In this document: in pieces, positions 11,385 to 22,045 of the stretch
How positions within the stretch are numbered: position 1 is the first letter of the stretch
Layout: the number at the start of each line of letters is the position of its first letter
From: a virus
Lineage: Duplodnaviria > Caudoviricetes
Direction: 5' to 3' (one strand)
Virus record (IMG/VR): IMGVR_UViG_3300031998_000044
Location: 1 to 64,000 of that record
DNA length: 64,000 bases
Translations under genes and position numbers: made by a program
Notes under the pieces: generated by a model
What the model saw: only the letters and a program-made list of their open reading frames with translations
Told to the model about the DNA's origin: nothing
The model's database searches: none

Positions 11385-11995
11385 TACAAATAAACAATAT
11401 TAATATAAACAAAACAGGAGATAAGATGCGCATAGAAGCCGAAATTATTGGTGACAGCGCATTTGTTAATCGCTATATTGATAAGATATATATCGATACT
11501 CATGACAGTTATCTTAGTACTGGTCCGTCAGAAGATACCGTATATGAGCATACTGTTACGATTGAAGATGCTGCAGACGAACAAAATGCAACAGCATTGA
11601 TAGACAACGTTGAACGTGTTAGAAAACTAAAAATTGATATACCACAAGAAAGTATAGATGCATCTTTGCAAACTAACATGTTCGTAGTTTATCTTGAAGC
11701 AGGTGGAACTAATGCAGATACACCACCTGCAGATTGCTGTGAAAATATCGAACTTGTCGCAGGTTGTGTAATATGGATGAAACCTCTTTATAATGACTTT
11801 CTTGCTTGGTCAAGAGAATTGAACAACACATGTGAAGTACCGCAAAATTTCTTATATAAGTTCTTGCATTACCAAGCATTCCTTGTATCAGTTAGGACAA
11901 GGAATATTTTGGAAGCAATTAAAATTTATAATAAGCACTTTAAACACATTGTTTGCGGTTCTCATGGTAATCATCAAGGCTGTAATTGTAGATAA
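11381..11995 (+). CDS. crAss-like tail hub-type protein
   Basis: 204 aa with Cys/His C-terminus (GSHGNHQGCNCR), between ring protein and fibre gene; synteny-based. Confidence 0.5.
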   Translation: MIQINNININKTGDKMRIEAEIIGDSAFVNRYIDKIYIDTHDSYLSTGPSEDTVYEHTVTIEDAADEQNATALIDNVERVRKLKIDIPQESIDASLQTNMFVVYLEAGGTNADTPPADCCENIELVAGCVIWMKPLYNDFLAWSRELNNTCEVPQNFLYKFLHYQAFLVSVRTRNILEAIKIYNKHFKHIVCGSHGNHQGCNCR

Positions 11996-12001
11996 AAATA
12001 T

Positions 12002-12595
12002 ATGGACGAGATATTATTTAACGCTTTTGAAGTATTACTAAAGGATTACGACGAGTACGGTTATTACAACGAGAAAGAAGTTTTAAAAGTACTCGCTGTA
12101 ATAACCATGCGTGATATGATGATGTTTGACTTAGATGGTTATCTTGAAGATAAAGATATACGGTTAATCGAGCGAAATATATATTGCTTGCTTGGTGAAT
12201 CGTGTATATTGCCTTTGCGTGTCAACGACCACAAATGCTGTCTTACAGGAGATATTTTTATATCACCATCTTATCCATTATATTTTGGCATAGGTTATAA
12301 AAGATTTGTCGAACGTGTAAAAGAAGCAGGTGCTAACTGGTTTGCTGAATTAAGAAACCTGATGAAACTTGCAGTTATTTCAATTTCAATCCAAGGTATT
12401 GATATACCGAAAAATAATGATGGAAATGTAGATTTGTCAGTACCTACATTAAATGAATTTATACAAGCATATAACAAACTTCTATTGTTTATTAAAGACG
12501 ACAACGACAAGCTTTATAACAGTACTTATAATGCAGGTACAAAAACACTTACTATCAATCCAAAACCAACTAATACAGAACCTTATAAAGAATAA
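12002..12595 (+). CDS. crAss-like tail hub-type protein
   Basis: 197 aa, coupled to the tail fibre gene; internal CLLGESCILP motif; synteny-based. Confidence 0.45.
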   Translation: MDEILFNAFEVLLKDYDEYGYYNEKEVLKVLAVITMRDMMMFDLDGYLEDKDIRLIERNIYCLLGESCILPLRVNDHKCCLTGDIFISPSYPLYFGIGYKRFVERVKEAGANWFAELRNLMKLAVISISIQGIDIPKNNDGNVDLSVPTLNEFIQAYNKLLLFIKDDNDKLYNSTYNAGTKTLTINPKPTNTEPYKE

Positions 12596-12597
12596 TT

Positions 12598-15500
12598 ATG
12601 GCGGATAAATTAGCACATATTGTAGTTGAGAATAACACATACGACATTCAAGACGAAGAATTAACTTCAAGAATAAACGGTTTAACTTTGTCTTTGACAC
12701 TAACAGAAGATTACAAAATTAAAGTAACACTAACTGATTCAATAGGGCAAAAGACATACGAATCTAATACTATTGATTTGCCGTCAGAAGATTCAATTAC
12801 AGAATTGGCATATGATAGTGAAGAAAAAGAAATCATTGCTAAGCACCGTAACGATACTTCTTCATCACAATGGCAGCGTATATCAATAGCTTCTATTATA
12901 GACGGCTTACAACAAGAAATGTCAGAAGGTGATTGTGTTGACATCGATAATAATACAATTAATGTTCTTTATGACAATGCTACATGGGGTATCGGTAAGA
13001 ACGATTCAAATCAACTGAAAATCAACGGAAAGTTTGTAAAACAAGTTGATGATTTAGATTCTTATACAAATGCTCCAAATGGTGAGATTGTTGAATATAT
13101 CGGCGAAACAAACAATGATTACACCAACGGTTATTTTTATAAAAGAATAGCAGGTGGGTCAACTGTAGAGTATACTACAATAACAATACCTGCTAACACT
13201 ACTTATATAACATACCATTTCCCTGACGGAACAGAAGAAACAGGCTATCAATTTAGTTCAGAAATGGGTGAAAATGCAAGTTGGTATGATTGGACTTCTC
13301 CAGTTGTAGAATCTTCGGACAGTGGTCCACTTGTTACATCTAACTGGTTTGTGGATGGTTCTCTTGTTAAAGTTAATGATACAATAACAGTTGATGACAA
13401 AGTAGGTGTAATAGATGCATTATACTGGGTTATAAATTTACCATTTGAATATACTTCTCTTGTAAACAATTCTGCCGAATATGCTGCATTGCAAACTACA
13501 CCTTCTGATAGTGGACCGACAATTAAAAATAAAAAATATATTTCAGCAAACACAATTACAGAAGCAGTAGCAATATATAAACAATTATGTGATGACGCTG
13601 ACTTACCTTATTCACCGTGGAACGATTATAGAGAGAAGATAGAATTATGCGGTTTTTCTTGTACAATAGACGAACATCAATATAATGTATTTTATGGTGG
13701 CGGAAGTGGTGGATATGGAGAAAATGCTGCATATAAACTAATATCATTAGATGGCAAAGTTCTGTTTATTAGAGAAACTACATCATTAGTACTTGATGTC
13801 GCAACAGAACTTAGAAGAGAATATGGCTATTTTAGTATATCATCTGATTCTTATTCTCAAAGCAGCAGAATTAGATATTATAACAATTTTCACTATAATT
13901 CTCCTACAACGGCTACATCAGGGACTACAACAGAAGAAATTACTATGACAGTTCCTATTTTGTATGATGAAAACGGTGAATTGCTTGACATTGAAATTGT
14001 TGAACCTTCTTGGCAAAGATGGGATGTTCAACCTTCTCAACAAGTTAATAATGGTCAATTGTTAATTCAAAAAAATGGAACTGATATAGTCTATTTTTCA
14101 GCTAATGATAACACTAATAAGATAGCTAATATTACAGTTCCGACTAAAACATCAGACCTTAATAACGATTCAGGATTCATAACAAAGGCAGTCAATGATT
14201 TATCATATTACTACACAAAAGATGTAATCGATACAATGATTGCTCCTAATCTAAGGTTTACAGTTGTTCAATCATTGCCTACGCAAGATATATCAAGTAC
14301 AACAATTTATTTAGTACCAAATAGTAGTAGTGAATCAACAAATACATATGATGAGTATGTATATATATCAACAGTAGCAACACCTCACTGGGAATTGATT
14401 GGAAGCACATCTGTTGATTTATCAAATTATTATACCAAAACAGAAGCAGACACCGAATTTGCTGATATTAGTCATACTCATACATCATCTGATATTACAG
14501 ATTTAGCAACTGTAGCATCTACTGGAAGTTATTCGGATTTATCAAACACGCCAACTATACCTCCAGCACAAGTCCAATCTGATTGGGCTCAATCTGATTC
14601 AAGTGAAGTTGACTATATATTAAATAAACCAACAATTGGTAATGCAGAAATCACAGTTAAAGTTGTAAATCACGTTTTTTCTGATGTTTCAAAGAATTTC
14701 AGAACAAATGATACTACAGATAAAACTATATCTTTTTACAATAGTGTTATATATTGTTATGGTGTTATAATTGATGGAACTAAAGAGTTTTATCAGTATG
14801 TAAGAAATGGAATTATTACAGGTCCTACAAGTTTGCATATTGATTACGATGGATACTATGGTAATGGTCCAGATTTTATAAATAACGATATTACATTCCC
14901 AAGAGTTGATGGTGCAGTATATAGAGATAATATTAATAGTAAAAAAGATATATATATATATAGCGAACAAGAACAGGACTTTGTATTGATATTAGAGCAA
15001 AACATTTATATTAGTGATTATAATACAATTGCTATCATAATTGATAAATTTACAGGTTATGCGTATTATAGACCAATGGGGCAAGATTTTATTGAAATTA
15101 AATCTCCTAATATATTACCTACTAATACTGTTGGTTCTTTGGTATCTCCTGTTTATGTTAATTCAGGTGAAATTGCACAAGGAGGTAAATTTCATACAAT
15201 AGATTCAACAGGAGAAATTGCTATAACATCAGGTACTGATTTAGATGATGTAATATTACCGGGAACATATGGAACGACAGGCGGCAATAGTTATTCAACA
15301 ATAGCATCAAGCCTTTCTAATTGTCCTGTTACATGTGGATTTAGAATGATTGTACAAACAGTAGGTAGCAATGATGATTATTTAAATCAAATTTTGTTTG
15401 GTAAAAATAATTCTGTTTATATAAGAACAGGACAAAAGAATAATTCAGTATATGATACTTGGACATCTTGGGGGCAACTTGCTGATAGTAGTAATTTCTT

Positions 15501-16197
15501 GCCACTTGCAGGTGGCACTGTTTCAGGTACGCTTATACTATCTCGCACACAAGACGCAAGCGGAACAGCTAACAACCAACCAGCCCTAATTGTTGGTGGA
15601 ACTGATACGCAAGCGCATATGGAGATAGACGCTAACGAAATTATAGCGAAAGCAAACGGAACGACATGTACTAAATTGTGGTTACAAGACGGCAATGGGG
15701 CTATCGGCTTTAATGCTACAGATTATAGCGTTGCCAATCCCGACAAATTCAGAGCCGCAATAGGCGCGGGTACAAGCGATTTGGAATTAGGCACAACAGC
15801 TACAACAGCCGCAAAAGGCAATCACACTCATAGTCTAACACTTGCCACGGACACAGGAACAAGCACAATCACGTTAGCACACGCAGGGAAGTACAAATTA
15901 ACGGCTGGAGGCAAAACTTTAATTTTCACTATGCCAAGCAGCGGCGCTCCGAGCGTATCCCGTGGGTCAAGCACCCTCGGTAGTGGCGGTTATACATTAG
16001 CGCAATATGGCAAAGTTTGTACGCTAAGATTATCGGTAGGAATATCAGGTACTTACACCTTGCCATCTGACATACCAAAGCCTGATAGCACATTAGTATC
16101 AATCACAAACGGACAACATATTAAAATCACACAGACACAAATAATCGTAACAAGTGGCTATGCTGACGGTGAATGTATTACTTATATTTGTCAATAA
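12598..16197 (+). CDS. Tail fibre / receptor-binding protein (1199 aa)
   Basis: Typical fibre modules: TVPTKTSDLNNDSGFIT, VDLSNYYTKTE, HTHTSSDITD, VQSDW...YILNKP, a pyocin-knob-like segment (DLDDVILPGTY...YIRT...WTSW) and GNHTH. Confidence 0.8.
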   Translation: MADKLAHIVVENNTYDIQDEELTSRINGLTLSLTLTEDYKIKVTLTDSIGQKTYESNTIDLPSEDSITELAYDSEEKEIIAKHRNDTSSSQWQRISIASIIDGLQQEMSEGDCVDIDNNTINVLYDNATWGIGKNDSNQLKINGKFVKQVDDLDSYTNAPNGEIVEYIGETNNDYTNGYFYKRIAGGSTVEYTTITIPANTTYITYHFPDGTEETGYQFSSEMGENASWYDWTSPVVESSDSGPLVTSNWFVDGSLVKVNDTITVDDKVGVIDALYWVINLPFEYTSLVNNSAEYAALQTTPSDSGPTIKNKKYISANTITEAVAIYKQLCDDADLPYSPWNDYREKIELCGFSCTIDEHQYNVFYGGGSGGYGENAAYKLISLDGKVLFIRETTSLVLDVATELRREYGYFSISSDSYSQSSRIRYYNNFHYNSPTTATSGTTTEEITMTVPILYDENGELLDIEIVEPSWQRWDVQPSQQVNNGQLLIQKNGTDIVYFSANDNTNKIANITVPTKTSDLNNDSGFITKAVNDLSYYYTKDVIDTMIAPNLRFTVVQSLPTQDISSTTIYLVPNSSSESTNTYDEYVYISTVATPHWELIGSTSVDLSNYYTKTEADTEFADISHTHTSSDITDLATVASTGSYSDLSNTPTIPPAQVQSDWAQSDSSEVDYILNKPTIGNAEITVKVVNHVFSDVSKNFRTNDTTDKTISFYNSVIYCYGVIIDGTKEFYQYVRNGIITGPTSLHIDYDGYYGNGPDFINNDITFPRVDGAVYRDNINSKKDIYIYSEQEQDFVLILEQNIYISDYNTIAIIIDKFTGYAYYRPMGQDFIEIKSPNILPTNTVGSLVSPVYVNSGEIAQGGKFHTIDSTGEIAITSGTDLDDVILPGTYGTTGGNSYSTIASSLSNCPVTCGFRMIVQTVGSNDDYLNQILFGKNNSVYIRTGQKNNSVYDTWTSWGQLADSSNFLPLAGGTVSGTLILSRTQDASGTANNQPALIVGGTDTQAHMEIDANEIIAKANGTTCTKLWLQDGNGAIGFNATDYSVANPDKFRAAIGAGTSDLELGTTATTAAKGNHTHSLTLATDTGTSTITLAHAGKYKLTAGGKTLIFTMPSSGAPSVSRGSSTLGSGGYTLAQYGKVCTLRLSVGISGTYTLPSDIPKPDSTLVSITNGQHIKITQTQIIVTSGYADGECITYICQ

Positions 16198-16212
16198 AAT
16201 TTGTAATTAATT

Positions 16213-16264
16213 CTTACATATAAAATAATACATATAGAATTATTTTATATTTCAATTAAATTTG
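16213..16264 (+). promoter_or_regulatory. Promoter: CTTACA half-site with TAAATTTG -7 element at the conserved spacing
   Basis: CTTACA 16213-16218; TAAATTTG 16257-16264; 45 nt upstream of ATG 16309. Confidence 0.6.
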
Positions 16265-16308
16265 TAATACAAATAAATAATAATTAAACAACTAAAAAAA
16301 TAAGTATT

Positions 16309-17202
16309 ATGTCTGAAGTTATATCTTTGCCTGATAATGGCAACAAATCTGGTTCTATTCCGTTCTCAATCCCGATTGGCGGCAATGGAAATGGTTTTTT
16401 CGGGAATGGTAACACCAATCTCATTGATATTCTGGGCTTCGCAATTATTGCATCGATGTTCGGATGGAACAATGGCGGTTGGGGCGGCGGCTTTGGCGGT
16501 GGTGCTAATGGCGCAGGTTTCATCTCTAATCAACTTAACAACGATTCTGGAAGAGAATTGATAATGAACGCTATCAATGCTAATGGAGAAGCAAGCCGTA
16601 GTGCAATTCAAAATCTTGCCAACATGCTTGGTCAAGATTATTCAACAGTAAATACTGCTATCCAGAACGTACAGAACTCTTTGGCAGCAATTGGTGCGCA
16701 GCAAGGAATGAGTACCCTCCAAGTTATTAATTCTATTCAATCAGGTAACACAGCATTAGCATCTCAGTTGCAACAGTGCTGCTGCGAAAACCGTTTGCTT
16801 ACCACACAGCAAGGTTATGAAGCTCAAATCAGAACACTTGAGCAAACCAATCAACTTGGCGCACAAGCAGACCGTAACAACAACGCAGTGCTGCAAGCAA
16901 TCAACGCACAAACAGTTGCTATTGACAACCAATTCTGTGCGCTAAAAGAACGTGAAATGCAAGCTAAGATTGACGCACAAGCTGATACTATTACACAATT
17001 GAGATTGCAGATTGACAACTCTAATCAAACTAACCAAATCCTTGGTTATGTAAACAACTTGTTTGCACCGTTGCAGACAAAAGTAAACGAGATAGCAGCA
17101 AAACAACTTCCTACCGTTCCTGTTCAATATCCGCAGTTACAAGCAATTAACACAGGAGCATACACAGGTGGTGGTTATTACGGTAATAACATATTATTTT
17201 AA
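16309..17202 (+). CDS. Hypothetical membrane-anchored Gly-rich / Gln-Asn coiled-coil protein (QCCCENR motif)
   Basis: Hydrophobic helix (LIDILGFAIIASMFGW), Gly-rich linker and long heptad-like region; a family type I recall from gut phages, function unknown. Confidence 0.7.
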   Translation: MSEVISLPDNGNKSGSIPFSIPIGGNGNGFFGNGNTNLIDILGFAIIASMFGWNNGGWGGGFGGGANGAGFISNQLNNDSGRELIMNAINANGEASRSAIQNLANMLGQDYSTVNTAIQNVQNSLAAIGAQQGMSTLQVINSIQSGNTALASQLQQCCCENRLLTTQQGYEAQIRTLEQTNQLGAQADRNNNAVLQAINAQTVAIDNQFCALKEREMQAKIDAQADTITQLRLQIDNSNQTNQILGYVNNLFAPLQTKVNEIAAKQLPTVPVQYPQLQAINTGAYTGGGYYGNNILF

Positions 17203-17208
17203 TAGATT

Positions 17209-17535
17209 ATGAATTGTCAAAATATAACAACTAACACACGAGGAATCCCTTATCTTTCTTCAACAACTATTAATGTTAATACATCAGCAGTTGAGATTGT
17301 TATGGGATGGCGACAATTACCACCGTGCGGACTGTTTGCATTGAGACTATCATCAGCAATACCGACTGGAACAACAAGTACACTTCCTATTAATCTCACT
17401 TTAAATGGAATAACTCGACCTTTGACAACATTTGGTGGAGAATCTGTTACAGCAGAAAATCTTACAGGAACAGGTGTTCTGTTAATATTTAACGACAGGA
17501 ATAATGGTATTTTGCAAGTAGTACAAACGTTATAA
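17209..17535 (+). CDS. Hypothetical beta-rich protein (108 aa)
   Basis: Clean ORF directly after the 297-aa gene; alternating hydrophobic pattern. Confidence 0.6.
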   Translation: MNCQNITTNTRGIPYLSSTTINVNTSAVEIVMGWRQLPPCGLFALRLSSAIPTGTTSTLPINLTLNGITRPLTTFGGESVTAENLTGTGVLLIFNDRNNGILQVVQTL

Positions 17536-17634
17536 CTAATGTTTAAACAATCGACATGATTAAGTTCTCATGTTGATTTTTTGAATAAATTTCGACATGA
17601 GGACTTTATATAACAGTAAAAATAATTTATAAAC

Positions 17635-18144
17635 ATGGAATTTAATTCTTTATTAGTTGGCAATCAGTTTTATGTTCTACGTAAGTCTGGACATACCAAA
17701 CTCCTTATAGGTACTATTAAAGCAAAAACGCAATCAACTCCGCCATATAATACGACACCAAATTTGTTTAATAACAATTTCCAAAGTTGTGTTAATCTTA
17801 CGGTTTCTATAAACGATGTTGACGAATATTTTAACAATATTCCTTCAAATATCGAAATCGCTGAACGAGGGAATGATATATTTTCAGGAAGTCGTGATGC
17901 TATTCTTTCTGCTGCTAATGACAAATTGACGGCAAACAAGAAAGAAATCGAATTATATGATTTTCGCAAGGAAGAACAAACAGAGTTAGAAAGCATTATC
18001 GAAATCCTGAATCCTCGATACAAAGAGGAAAAGAACAGAGATAAGACAATATCTGATTTGCAACAACGTCAACAAGATACCGATAAGAAATTGGATGAAG
18101 CATTATCAATCTTAAAGGAATTAATTTCAAAAAAAACATCATAA
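17635..18144 (+). CDS. Hypothetical protein with C-terminal coiled coil
   Basis: 169-aa ORF with A-rich start context. Confidence 0.6.
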   Translation: MEFNSLLVGNQFYVLRKSGHTKLLIGTIKAKTQSTPPYNTTPNLFNNNFQSCVNLTVSINDVDEYFNNIPSNIEIAERGNDIFSGSRDAILSAANDKLTANKKEIELYDFRKEEQTELESIIEILNPRYKEEKNRDKTISDLQQRQQDTDKKLDEALSILKELISKKTS

Positions 18145-18145
18145 A

Positions 18146-18355
18146 ATGGGATACTTAATAATCAATAACGAAAAAGGACAAGAAGAAATGTTCGAAAATA
18201 TGCGCAGACAAATGCGTAGCGGACATCAATCAACAGAAAATTTCCGTGAAGATAGCTATGAAAAGGGCTATGAAGAAGGATGTAAAAAAGGTTATGAGAA
18301 AGGCTATAAGCATGGTTTAGAAGATGCTAAGTCTGAGAACAGTCGATATATGTAA
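18146..18355 (+). CDS. Small protein with GYxxG repeats
   Basis: SYEKGYEEGCKKGYEKGYKHG; coupled to the previous ORF. Confidence 0.55.
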   Translation: MGYLIINNEKGQEEMFENMRRQMRSGHQSTENFREDSYEKGYEEGCKKGYEKGYKHGLEDAKSENSRYM

Positions 18356-18414
18356 CAATCTAATTACTCATCAGTCGGGCGGTTAATTCCGCCTGACATT
18401 TTATTTATATTGAA

Positions 18415-18801
18415 ATGAGAAATTTTGTATCTGACGAAAGATTAGTTTATGAAGATTACCATCATGGCTCATTTAGCAAGAAACTTGCAGAATGGGCTAT
18501 TAATAATATGAGAGTAGGGGATGAGCTTAAACCATTATCGGTACATAGTTTGGAATCTATGAAGAACTTGTTTAAAGCTAATAATGTTTTAATTCCTGAA
18601 AAACATATTTATTCAGCTTGGTATTTGTATAATATGTCTTACGCAGACTACCCAAAAACACTAACTACAGATGTTCAAAGAATACAATTTGTTAAAGAAA
18701 CGTTGCTCGACCCTGATTGCAAACCTGAAGCTGTTCTTGAATGTTTTGTAGCAAAAATGTGTGTGATGGGCATACCTATTCATTGGGAAGAATATATTTA
18801 A
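18415..18801 (+). CDS. Hypothetical protein (128 aa)
   Basis: Clean ORF in the operon. Confidence 0.55.
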   Translation: MRNFVSDERLVYEDYHHGSFSKKLAEWAINNMRVGDELKPLSVHSLESMKNLFKANNVLIPEKHIYSAWYLYNMSYADYPKTLTTDVQRIQFVKETLLDPDCKPEAVLECFVAKMCVMGIPIHWEEYI

Positions 18802-18820
18802 CTCTTAAAACATTATAATT

Positions 18821-19195
18821 ATGGTAACAGAAGAAAACATTGTAGCATTATTAAATCAAGAATTAAGCAGAATCGTTAATAAGCGTTCAGGTCAAAATAT
18901 TATCTTGTCTATCTTCTTGAAAGATAACACTGAACTGACTTTTAAGCTTGATGAGAACAACAATTTCCTTGTTAATCCTCAAATTATGAACGGCTTTTTA
19001 GTTATAGCTGAAAACGTTCCACAAATCAAACAACCAACAGAACTTATAAATAATGTGTTTGTAACAAAATATATGCGAACATACGATTACAAATACATTA
19101 ACATTGAAAACATCAATTATATTAAATACAAATGGGATGTTGTTGATAATGGTCAAACACAGGCTACAAACGTATCAGGAAATGATGGTGTATAA
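18821..19195 (+). CDS. Hypothetical protein (124 aa)
   Basis: Clean ORF followed by a terminator-like hairpin. Confidence 0.5.
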   Translation: MVTEENIVALLNQELSRIVNKRSGQNIILSIFLKDNTELTFKLDENNNFLVNPQIMNGFLVIAENVPQIKQPTELINNVFVTKYMRTYDYKYINIENINYIKYKWDVVDNGQTQATNVSGNDGV

Positions 19196-19232
19196 TTTTT
19201 TCATATTATTTAGTTAATTTGTTTATTGCATC

Positions 19233-19268
19233 GCCGTCAGGCGAATCATCAATTTGCTTGACGGCTTT
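19233..19268 (+). terminator. GCCGTC/GACGGC hairpin, terminator-like
   Basis: Inverted repeat with short T run; same stem ends as hairpins at 51961, 53543 and 53667. Confidence 0.45.
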
Positions 19269-19279
19269 ATATATAAATT

Positions 19280-19702
19280 ATGATTGAACAAGGATTTTAC
19301 ATAGAGAAAGAAATACCAGAAAAATGGTGGACTATGGTGTTTTATAATATTGAAACAGAAGAAGAACTATCTAAAGTTTTCGGTTCATTACTTGCATTTG
19401 GATTAAGTGTAGAAGATGCTAACAATGCTATAAAACTTTTGGTTAATCCGAACACAGGTTATATAATATCAAACGAAAACCTTAGTATGTCCATTATTTT
19501 GATTTCTAAGGCAACTTCTTTCGATGAGATGTTCAATACTGTAACTCATGAAATAAAACATCTTTCCGAACATATTTGCAGCAAATTTGGCTATGATTCA
19601 AAATCAGAGAAGGCAGCATATATTCAAGGAGAAATTGGACAGAATATGTATAAGGCAGTAGCAATAGCTGTATGTCCAAAGTGCAATTGTAAAAATCATT
19701 AA
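19280..19702 (+). CDS. Putative zincin-like metallopeptidase
   Basis: TVTHEIKHLSEH (HExxH) with downstream SEKAAY. Confidence 0.55.
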   Translation: MIEQGFYIEKEIPEKWWTMVFYNIETEEELSKVFGSLLAFGLSVEDANNAIKLLVNPNTGYIISNENLSMSIILISKATSFDEMFNTVTHEIKHLSEHICSKFGYDSKSEKAAYIQGEIGQNMYKAVAIAVCPKCNCKNH

Positions 19703-19707
19703 ACAAA

Positions 19708-20196
19708 ATGTGGGAAGCTATTAAAGTAATATTATCAAGCGATAATTCAATTCAAGTATTGATTTTCTCATTACTTATTGTTATTATTGTAGTCCTTCTT
19801 ATAAAGGGTAACTTTCTTAAAATTCACACTCCTTTTGTAACATTAAACGGTAACGAACAAGAAAGGACAATTCTAAGACAGCAAATGGAATTTACGTACA
19901 ATTACGTAAGTGGTCTTTATGGTATAATTAAAGCCAAATATCCTTCTTTCGATGAATTAAAAACTAAATATATTCTCGAAAAAATTTACGATGAAGTAAT
20001 CATTTGGATTTCTTTTAACCATATAACTCGTTCCGAAATGTACATAATGGTTAAATCAGAGAAACTACGCTGTATGATTTGCTCAATGAATGTACATGAA
20101 TTTATTAAATCAGATGATTTCTCAGTTCTAATTAAAAGATGGACTAAAGAAATTATCAACCGATTAGTCGATATAAGAGAATACTATTCTAAATAA
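19708..20196 (+). CDS. Membrane protein with one N-terminal TM helix (holin-like candidate)
   Basis: IQVLIFSLLIVIIVVLLI hydrophobic segment; lysis role is only inferred. Confidence 0.45.
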   Translation: MWEAIKVILSSDNSIQVLIFSLLIVIIVVLLIKGNFLKIHTPFVTLNGNEQERTILRQQMEFTYNYVSGLYGIIKAKYPSFDELKTKYILEKIYDEVIIWISFNHITRSEMYIMVKSEKLRCMICSMNVHEFIKSDDFSVLIKRWTKEIINRLVDIREYYSK

Positions 20197-20204
20197 TATG
20201 AAAT

Positions 20205-21047
20205 ATGACAAACTATCTTTTAAATAAACGTTTCTTCGGTGGTGGTGGTGGAATGACTGGGAATTATATGGTTAATCAAATTCCTACTGATAAGTTTAAT
20301 AATATCAATTTGAATAACAATAATTTCCAATCTCTCGCTGTCAACAATAATTCTGGCTCTGGCAACTTTGAAAGTACTTTTAATACTATCAATGACGCAG
20401 CAGCTAAAATATCTCCTTATGCAGCTGCCGCTAAAGCAGCTATCGATATTGGTATTGATTCATACAAAAGTGGAGCATCTAATTTTAATAAGGGTAAAGC
20501 TAAATCAACTTTAAACATCCTCAAAGAAAATGAAAAACAAGCCAATAATGTTATTCAATCTTACACGGCTGGTCAAACTGACTTAGACACTATAACTCGA
20601 TTTGATAGCGGTATCTATTCCCAAAAAGACCTTAAAACTGGTAGTGATGCTAAAAATGTAGGATTATCTACCTTAAAAGGAACTGGTATGGGTGCAGCAG
20701 CAGGTGCTACATTAGGCACTGTCGTCCCTGGTATCGGTAATGTCGTAGGAACTGTCGCAGGTGCTATTATCGGTGGTACTATCGGATTAGTATCTTCAGG
20801 TATTGGTGCTATTTCAGGTAAAAATAAACGAGAAAGAGAACGTAAAAAGATTTCTACAGCTCAAAACTCCCAAGATTTTGCCGTAGATTACCACAACTGG
20901 CAACAAGCATCTCAACTTGAATCTGCCAACAATAACGCAGCCCAAGTACAAAATAACCAAGTAAGACAAAATGTACTAAGCCTTGTAGCCTTCGGAGGTA
21001 AACTTAATCGTAAAAATTATCTACTCTCTGACAATATACCTTTCTAA
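20205..21047 (+). CDS. crAss-like virion cargo protein with glycine-zipper hydrophobic hairpin
   Basis: GTGMGAAAGATLGTVVPGIGNVVGTVAGAIIGGTIGLVSSGIG followed by coiled coil; FFGGGG and AFGG motifs. Confidence 0.6.
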   Translation: MTNYLLNKRFFGGGGGMTGNYMVNQIPTDKFNNINLNNNNFQSLAVNNNSGSGNFESTFNTINDAAAKISPYAAAAKAAIDIGIDSYKSGASNFNKGKAKSTLNILKENEKQANNVIQSYTAGQTDLDTITRFDSGIYSQKDLKTGSDAKNVGLSTLKGTGMGAAAGATLGTVVPGIGNVVGTVAGAIIGGTIGLVSSGIGAISGKNKRERERKKISTAQNSQDFAVDYHNWQQASQLESANNNAAQVQNNQVRQNVLSLVAFGGKLNRKNYLLSDNIPF

Positions 21048-21081
21048 AATTCACATCATCGCCATTTAGTGTTTATTTTTT

Positions 21082-21117
21082 ATGCCACTTCTATTCATTT
21101 AGTTGTGGCATTTTTTT
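21082..21117 (+). terminator. Rho-independent terminator
   Basis: ATGCCAC/GTGGCAT stem plus T7 run after ORF 20205..21047. Confidence 0.7.
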
Positions 21118-22045
21118 ATCACTATTCATTTGTCTTAACTTGTTTATTTATTTGATATTTAAGATAACTTTAAGAGAACTTTCTTATCAAATACCTATAA
21201 CTCACTTAATTCCTTATTTGATTTTAAGACAAATCTAATTTGCCTACAACTTGTAAGCACTTCTTACACATTATACTTTCTTATCATTCTCCTGACGTCA
21301 GGAAATTGATATAAATTTATCTATCCATCATATTGCTATCATCAGCAAAACGTTATCTCAAATTGGACTTATTTATCTATTTGTATATCACTTGTTTGCA
21401 GATTTTAATCAACAAAATTGGACGTAAATCATATATAAAATTGGTCATTTCGAGCATATCCTCGATATGTTTAATTCTCTTTTCTAAGCAATTATTTTTC
21501 ACAAGACGAACATTTTATCAGCTTCTATAATATATCTTGTCTTATGGCTTAAAATTGGCTAAATACGAGGTTGTAGGATAATTTTGTATAGGAGTTATTA
21601 TGACGATGAGGAGTGTATGTGTAAGAGAGAGGAATAAACCCCTATAATCCGCCACCATCATTTGAGATTGGGATTTATCCCCCCGTCTCCTTTTTGGAAT
21701 CGAAATTCGGCAGAAAATTCCAAAAAGTAATTCTTACTGCCGCACGTAGAACCGCCAACGTGTAATAAAAAGTAGCGGTGACTGCTAATCAGAGATGTTA
21801 GCCGCACTGTATGTTGTGAGTTAAAAAACATACATATTGGTATCAACAGCCATTGCTAACAAAGTCCTGTTGTTGACAGACAAAATCTTTTTTAATAAAC
21901 CAAAGGATAAGGCAAACATAAAACCCTAAAATCCTTTTCCCTCTTTTAGCATTGAAAATAAATTATTGTATAACCAAAAACGCCCAAACTTTTGAACGTT
22001 CAATGTCGGCGTTCTCTTAGAGTTTCTATTGTAACCGTTACTATT

